DNA of 64,000 nucleotides from Candidatus Lokiarchaeum ossiferum (GTDB lineage Archaea; Asgardarchaeota; Lokiarchaeia; Sigyniarchaeales; Promethearchaeaceae): NCBI GenBank assembly GCA_025839675.1, contig CP104013.1, positions 2,977,121 to 3,041,120 of the forward strand, read 5' to 3'. Shown piece by piece: positions 58,921 to 64,000 of this stretch (position 1 is its first letter; each line of letters starts with the position of its first letter). The notes under the pieces were generated by a model. It saw only the letters and a program-made list of their open reading frames with translations, ran no database searches and was not told where the DNA came from. The position numbers and the translations under genes were made by a program.

Positions 58921-60129
58921 TTATTCTTTTCGATAGGCGATGTTTCCATCAACCATAGTCAGAAGATTCTCGGCATAAAAGTTTTTTACAGGATGGGCCG
59001 ACCAAACTACTAAATCGGCATCCTTTCCTTCTTCGATAGATCCGATTCGATCTCCCACACCACACATTTTAGCAGCATCTATGGTAACTGCACGTAATGC
59101 TGTTACAACAGGTAATCCATACTTAACTGCCATACATGGAAGCAGTTGAAAGTATAAGGGACGGGGCACCATATCAGATTGGATAGATATCATCACTCCT
59201 GCTTTGTGTAAAATACTGGGGGTATCAAAAGTTATGTGACGTAATTCACTTTTATGGAAACCGACAAGCGAAGGTCCCACAGAAACTGGGATGTTTTTAG
59301 AGGCAATAAAATCGGCAATTTTGTGCCCTTCCGTCCCGTGGACAATCATCAAATCTAAATTAAATTCCTCAGCCAGCCGGATCGCGGTCACTATATCATT
59401 ATGTTGGTGACAGTGAATATGTATGGGAATTTCGCGTTTTAAAACCTTCAATAATAATTCTTTATCATTATCAAGATCAGGACAAGAAGGGATCTTATCT
59501 AACTCGTTTTTCTCTTCAGCATCATGTTTCTTTTTGGAATACTCTTCCCATTTCCGGCCGTAAGTTTGAGCTTCTACAAATGCTTTTCGAAAGATTGCAG
59601 CAATCCCCATTCGAGTTTTGGCTCGATTAGGAGTAAAAGTAAATTTGCAATTCTCTCCCAATGCTGCTTTCATTGCAGAAGGTGCTTTTAAGATATAATC
59701 TTCCACTTGGTTCGATTTGGCGTAGGTTTTAACGAGAGCAAATTGACCACCAATAACATTTGCCGAACCAGGACCAGTATTAATAGTGGTAACACCTCCT
59801 TTCGCACTTTCCTTAAATGCGGGCCCTTCAATATTGATTGCATCAATTACACGCAGCATAGGGGTGGTGGGAAAGGAAGCTTCATTACCATCAACACCCA
59901 TTTCCCCTACAGTTCCATCAAAGATGCCTTCGTGTGTGTGACTATTCACAAAACCTGGAACAATGCATTTTCCTTGGACATCGATGACTTCAACGTCTGT
60001 TGGAATTTGATCAGAATTTGGTAAAATTTTTTCAATTTTCCCGTGGCGAATAATGATAGTGCCTGATTCAATAACTTCATCGGTTGAATTGCAAGTATAA
60101 ATCTTTCCGTTTGTAAGTGCGTATGTCAT
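58921..60129 (-). CDS. Amidohydrolase-family metal-dependent hydrolase (paralog B)
   Basis: FVNSHTHEG is an HxH metal-ligand motif and HCHQHND with the rest of the TIM-barrel amidohydrolase pattern follows. I placed the start at MTYALTNGKIY, the ATG at 60129. Confidence 0.7.
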   Translation of the reverse strand: MTYALTNGKIYTCNSTDEVIESGTIIIRHGKIEKILPNSDQIPTDVEVIDVQGKCIVPGFVNSHTHEGIFDGTVGEMGVDGNEASFPTTPMLRVIDAINIEGPAFKESAKGGVTTINTGPGSANVIGGQFALVKTYAKSNQVEDYILKAPSAMKAALGENCKFTFTPNRAKTRMGIAAIFRKAFVEAQTYGRKWEEYSKKKHDAEEKNELDKIPSCPDLDNDKELLLKVLKREIPIHIHCHQHNDIVTAIRLAEEFNLDLMIVHGTEGHKIADFIASKNIPVSVGPSLVGFHKSELRHITFDTPSILHKAGVMISIQSDMVPRPLYFQLLPCMAVKYGLPVVTALRAVTIDAAKMCGVGDRIGSIEEGKDADLVVWSAHPVKNFYAENLLTMVDGNIAYRKE

Positions 60130-60142
60130 TTCCATTCCTTCA

Positions 60143-61357
60143 TTACTCTTTCTTATATGCGATTTCCCCAGAAACAAATGTCATCTCATTTTCAGCATAA
60201 AAATTGGCTACTGGATGATCTGACCAAATTATCAAATCAGCATCTTTTCCTACTTCCAAAGATCCCACACGATCTCCAATCCCACACATTTCAGCAGCAT
60301 CAATAGTAACAGCCCGAAGTGCTGCATTGATTGGCAATCCATTTTTAACTGCCATACATGGAAGTATCTGGAAGTATAATAATCTTGGAAATGTATCTGA
60401 TTGAATTGAAAATTTCACTCCAGCTTTGTGCAATATTCCTGGAGTTTCAAAAGAAATATCGCGTAACTCACTTTTTTCATAACCAACAATTGAAGGTCCA
60501 ACAGACACAGGAATTTTCTTTTCCGCTAAAAATTCAGCGATTTTATGGCCTTCTGTACAATGAACAATCATTAAATCAAGATTAAATTCTTCCGCCAATC
60601 GAACAGCAGTAGTAATATCATTATGCTGATGACAATGAATATGAATCGGAATCTCCCGTTTGAGCACTTTCAAAAGAATCTCTTTATCTAAATCCCGATC
60701 GGGCTCGGAAGGTATTTTATCAATTTCTTGCTTTTCTTCAGCTTGCTTTTTCTTTGTATAATATTCATCCCATTTGTTACCGTAAGCTTGAGCATCAATG
60801 AAAGCTTTTCGGAAAACAGCTGCAATCCCCATTCGAGTCATGGGCATTTTCTTATCTCGTCCATAAACTCGTTTTGGATTTTCTCCTAAAGCCGCTTTCA
60901 TAGCGGAGGGAGCTTTGATAATGTAATCTTCAACCATTTTTGTTTTAGCAAAGGTTTTGATTAGAGCAAATTGGCCCCCAATGACATTAGCTGAACCTGG
61001 ACCGGTGTTAATTGTGGTAACTCCACCTTTGACAGCTTCCATTAAAGCAGGGTCCTCGGTATTAATAGCATCCATCACTCGCACCATAGGTGTGACTGGA
61101 TTTACCATTTCATTCACATCAAAGCCCATTTCTCCGACTGTACCGTTGTATACACCTTCATGTGTATGGGAATTTACGAATCCTGGCGTAATAATCTTCC
61201 CTTGAGCGTCGATTATTTCGAATCCAGCAGGAATTGTTTCCCCTTCAGCAAGAATTGATTTAATTTTACCATCTGCAATTAAAATCGTACCATTTTCAAT
61301 TATTGAATCTTTGTGATCACAGGAATAAATTTTTCCATTTTTTATCGCGTAGGTCAT
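60143..61357 (-). CDS. Amidohydrolase-family metal-dependent hydrolase (paralog A)
   Basis: It is about 70% identical to paralog B, with FVNSHTHEG and HCHQHND. I placed the start at MTYAIKNGKIY, the ATG at 61357. Confidence 0.7.
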   Translation of the reverse strand: MTYAIKNGKIYSCDHKDSIIENGTILIADGKIKSILAEGETIPAGFEIIDAQGKIITPGFVNSHTHEGVYNGTVGEMGFDVNEMVNPVTPMVRVMDAINTEDPALMEAVKGGVTTINTGPGSANVIGGQFALIKTFAKTKMVEDYIIKAPSAMKAALGENPKRVYGRDKKMPMTRMGIAAVFRKAFIDAQAYGNKWDEYYTKKKQAEEKQEIDKIPSEPDRDLDKEILLKVLKREIPIHIHCHQHNDITTAVRLAEEFNLDLMIVHCTEGHKIAEFLAEKKIPVSVGPSIVGYEKSELRDISFETPGILHKAGVKFSIQSDTFPRLLYFQILPCMAVKNGLPINAALRAVTIDAAEMCGIGDRVGSLEVGKDADLIIWSDHPVANFYAENEMTFVSGEIAYKKE

Positions 61358-61458
61358 ATTAAAGAAATCAAAAACCACATCGCATAAAAAATATCTAGAT
61401 TAAACATTTGAAAAAGGGAGAAAAAAACAAACATATTTAAACATTTAAATCTCTAACT

Positions 61459-61842
61459 TTAAAGAAGATTCCATGCCCATCGATTAAGATTAATGGCTGC
61501 AATGGTTGGTGGGAATCGACTGGTCGCATTTAAATGAGCTACCACATAATTATCTTTCTTTGTTTTAGTACCCACGAGCGCCCCTTGTCCTTTCACATTC
61601 CGTGCAGCAAATTGTAAGATTTCGTGACTTAAAATGGGATAGCGAACTTCGCCGATTACAACTGCAGATTGTTTAGTCAACCATGCTTCCATTAAAGATT
61701 TTGCTTCAATTTCCGTGATATAATTCGGATTAAGTGAAAATAGGAGATCCCCTTTCTCTGAAAATATCATCAATTCTTCAAACCCATTGTTTGCATCTTG
61801 AAATTCTTTGTATTTTTCAATAATTTGTTCTGTTTCCATCAT
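61459..61842 (-). CDS. Small (~127 aa) hypothetical protein, profilin- or roadblock-like candidate
   Basis: Its size and the ...VKGQGALVGTKTKKDNYVVAHL... segment loosely recall profilin, but no firm motif is present. It lies 1 kb upstream of the gelsolin gene. The ORF-track start is TTG at 61875, and I used the ATG at 61842. Confidence 0.25.
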   Translation of the reverse strand: MMETEQIIEKYKEFQDANNGFEELMIFSEKGDLLFSLNPNYITEIEAKSLMEAWLTKQSAVVIGEVRYPILSHEILQFAARNVKGQGALVGTKTKKDNYVVAHLNATSRFPPTIAAINLNRWAWNLL

Positions 61843-62035
61843 TTTTTGCTCTCCAATTTGATGTGTTATCAACAATTCACAAATTTTTATTAATATGGTA
61901 TATTTAACTTCATAATTATTAAATTATAGATTTCGATTCTTGAACTTAAATCCATCTATTTTTTATGATCTACAGGTTCACCGCCATCGGTTCGTGAACA
62001 AATAAAACCAATTATTACATTTGGTGAGAACTACA

Positions 62036-62851
62036 ATGCATATTGCAAAATACAATTATATTACTAGCTTCCAATATTATCAATGGGGCGAAAAAACAGC
62101 CCAAGCTCGTACGCAATTTTTACAAACATTTCGTCGAGTGCTTGAAGAACGGATTCCCGAAGATATGGATGTGACATTAGCTAATTTAGAATTTCGAGTT
62201 GATGATCGATTATTAGTGGAACTTGAGGGAAAGAAGAAGGACGATTTGAAATTTGTTTCCAATATTTTGAAAGAAATTACTGGAGAAACTTTTGATTCCA
62301 ACAATGTGCCCAAACGTCGTGGACTTTTTGGGACACTAAGGGCAGTAGGAAAAGTAGGATTTGGAGTATTTGTTGATATTGGAATTGAATCTCCTGCCAA
62401 AGAAGTGCTAATTCCACTCCATCGTTTAAGAACTCAATTAGCAGGAGGAAAGGATCTCTCCACCCGCGAAATCTGCAAAAAATATGGATTCATGAATCAA
62501 TTTCCTGTTGAAATCGAAGTGGAAAAAATGCTCTTTGAAAAAGGTGGGAAACCTAAATATGAAGGTAAATTTACAGATGATTTTTTAGAGCAAATTGAAG
62601 AATATGTTAAATCGGGTTTAGATATTGTTTTTACAACCGGAGTTTCGCGCCAAATGATCAAAAAGACAATTGCAAAACGAGGCCATACTATTGATGTCCC
62701 CCAAATCATTCGAATTGGTCCGCTTGAATGTGCTTGTGTTTGTGCCAAAGGAACTAATGCTCCTGGAATTATTTCCCATATAGGCCCATTTCTCTCTAAC
62801 TGTCGATTTTCTATGATTCGCCCTGCCCAAGTAACTCGTTATTGGCAGTAA
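62036..62851 (+). CDS. Conserved hypothetical protein with possible S1/OB-like segment
   Basis: VGKVGFGVFVDIG is S1-like. The ATG at 62036 follows a TTG ORF start at 62021. Confidence 0.3.
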   Translation: MHIAKYNYITSFQYYQWGEKTAQARTQFLQTFRRVLEERIPEDMDVTLANLEFRVDDRLLVELEGKKKDDLKFVSNILKEITGETFDSNNVPKRRGLFGTLRAVGKVGFGVFVDIGIESPAKEVLIPLHRLRTQLAGGKDLSTREICKKYGFMNQFPVEIEVEKMLFEKGGKPKYEGKFTDDFLEQIEEYVKSGLDIVFTTGVSRQMIKKTIAKRGHTIDVPQIIRIGPLECACVCAKGTNAPGIISHIGPFLSNCRFSMIRPAQVTRYWQ

Positions 62852-62943
62852 ACCAATTAATAAGAAAAAATCCTCCAAATATTCATTTTTTCATTCTTTG
62901 TTCAGATTTAAACATTTATAAGTTCATACATTACCATATCACT

Positions 62944-63753
62944 ATGGGTCCAATAATTTATCGGATTGATAAGGGAAACCTTAAAAAAATCGCTCGACCA
63001 GTCTTTACGACCGGTGATTCCTATGTTATTGTAGATAAACTCCATGAAAAAATTTATATCTGGTTAGGATCGAAATGTTCTGCCGATGAAAAGGGAGCTG
63101 CAGCCGTTCAAGCCCGTGGTATTGATGAAGGAGATGAGTTTAATGGAGGTGCAAAGATTCTTACATACGATGAGGGAGATGAACCAGCAGAATTAGTAAC
63201 CTTTTTAGGAGGATTAAAAGTTCTGGACAAAAATTTAGCAACATCCATGCTCAAGGATGTCTCCACGGGTGAGTTTGCTTGGGAGTCAGATCATGTGAAT
63301 GCATTATATAAAATCTCATCAGAAGAATTTGATGGAATTAATGCCATCAAAGCAGTGCAAGTTCCCTTTGAAAAAAGTTCTCTTGACAGTGATGACGTAA
63401 TGATAGCAGATTTAGGAGTAGATATTTGGGTTTGGCAAGGAAAATCATGTAATGTAAAAGAAAAAGTCAAAGGAATTCAGATTGCCAGAGAATTTGACAT
63501 TGATCGTGCAGGAGCGCAACGTCCTAAAGTATTTATTGAAGGAGATATAGATGAGGATGAATTTTTAGGAATTTTTGAAGGAAAACTTCCTCAATCAGAA
63601 TCACGAGTACAAGATTTAAAATTAGAAACCTTCGATCAAAAGCCTCAGAAAATCCCTCTAAAGAAAGAAAAGAAGAGTGGATTATGCATAATAGTTATGG
63701 GAAGTATGTTTGTTGCTATCATGCTTCTTCAAGCATTTAAAATATGGATTTAA
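62944..63753 (+). CDS. Two-domain gelsolin/villin-repeat protein with C-terminal TM anchor
   Basis: Gelsolin repeat 1 is IIYRIDKGNL..FTTGDSYVIVD...IYIWLGSKCSADEKGAAA. Repeat 2 is LYKISSEEF...DVMIADLGVDIWVWQGKSCNVKEK. The C-terminal hydrophobic helix is LCIIVMGSMFVAIMLLQAF. I chose the ATG at 62944. Confidence 0.7.
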   Translation: MGPIIYRIDKGNLKKIARPVFTTGDSYVIVDKLHEKIYIWLGSKCSADEKGAAAVQARGIDEGDEFNGGAKILTYDEGDEPAELVTFLGGLKVLDKNLATSMLKDVSTGEFAWESDHVNALYKISSEEFDGINAIKAVQVPFEKSSLDSDDVMIADLGVDIWVWQGKSCNVKEKVKGIQIAREFDIDRAGAQRPKVFIEGDIDEDEFLGIFEGKLPQSESRVQDLKLETFDQKPQKIPLKKEKKSGLCIIVMGSMFVAIMLLQAFKIWI

Positions 63754-63961
63754 ATCGATCTTCATGTTTCAACGCTAACGCCTGAAAAAGTTTTTCAAGG
63801 CGGGAGTTAAATTTCTGAAATTTTTTCGGTTTTTCATTTTTTATTGCATAAATACTAAATCGATTTATAAATTGAGTAATTGCTTCTTCCATGATTTTCT
63901 TAATCTGTTTGTGATTAGAATCTTTATCGATAATGCAGTAAATGCCTAAAGGAGGATTCAT
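63737..63961 (-). CDS. Hypothetical small protein (uncertain)
   Basis: The 74-aa ORF lies at the window edge with no homology recognised. Confidence 0.2.
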   Translation of the reverse strand: MNPPLGIYCIIDKDSNHKQIKKIMEEAITQFINRFSIYAIKNEKPKKFQKFNSRLEKLFQALALKHEDRFKSIF

Positions 63962-64000
63962 TTTTCGGTCAATGACTTTATTTTCTTCATCAACATCATC

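Noticed and set aside
1-64000. CRISPR arrays and rRNA genes
   Set aside because: No regularly spaced direct repeats or rRNA-like conserved stretches were seen anywhere in the window.

Overview
This is an AT-rich archaeal chromosomal window. The gene content points to an Asgard (Lokiarchaeota-like) archaeon, but that is inferred from content alone.

The housekeeping content is clear:
- a minus-strand exosome superoperon: SBDS, Rrp4, Rrp41, Rrp42, eL43/L37ae and a Pcc1-like gene
- psmA (proteasome alpha)
- archaeal-type SAM synthetase
- archease
- uL2
- tRNA-Lys(CUU)

Eukaryote-like signature genes are also present:
- a 2-domain gelsolin protein
- a small profilin-sized protein
- a Ras-like small GTPase
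- a roadblock(LC7)-small-GTPase fusion

The accessory content includes:
- three (hybrid) PAS histidine kinases
- two paralogous PAS sensors ending in a conserved 4-Cys motif
- a 1496-aa secreted protease that combines a subtilisin (S8) domain with a caspase-like (clan CD) domain, linked by four PPC/Ig-like repeat modules
- a heterodimeric ABC exporter
- tandem-duplicated DedA membrane proteins
- tandem-duplicated amidohydrolases
- an epimerase-CPBP protease-epimerase operon

A roughly 5.7-kb block (27.65-33.4 kb) of small hypothetical genes looks like an integrated mobile element. It carries a tyrosine-recombinase-like gene interrupted by a single in-frame TAA, ribbon-helix-helix and zinc-ribbon genes, and a possible HEPN-motif gene.

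No CRISPR array or rRNA was seen. Several ORF-track starts are TTG or GTG, and I moved starts to an in-frame ATG where that was clearly better.
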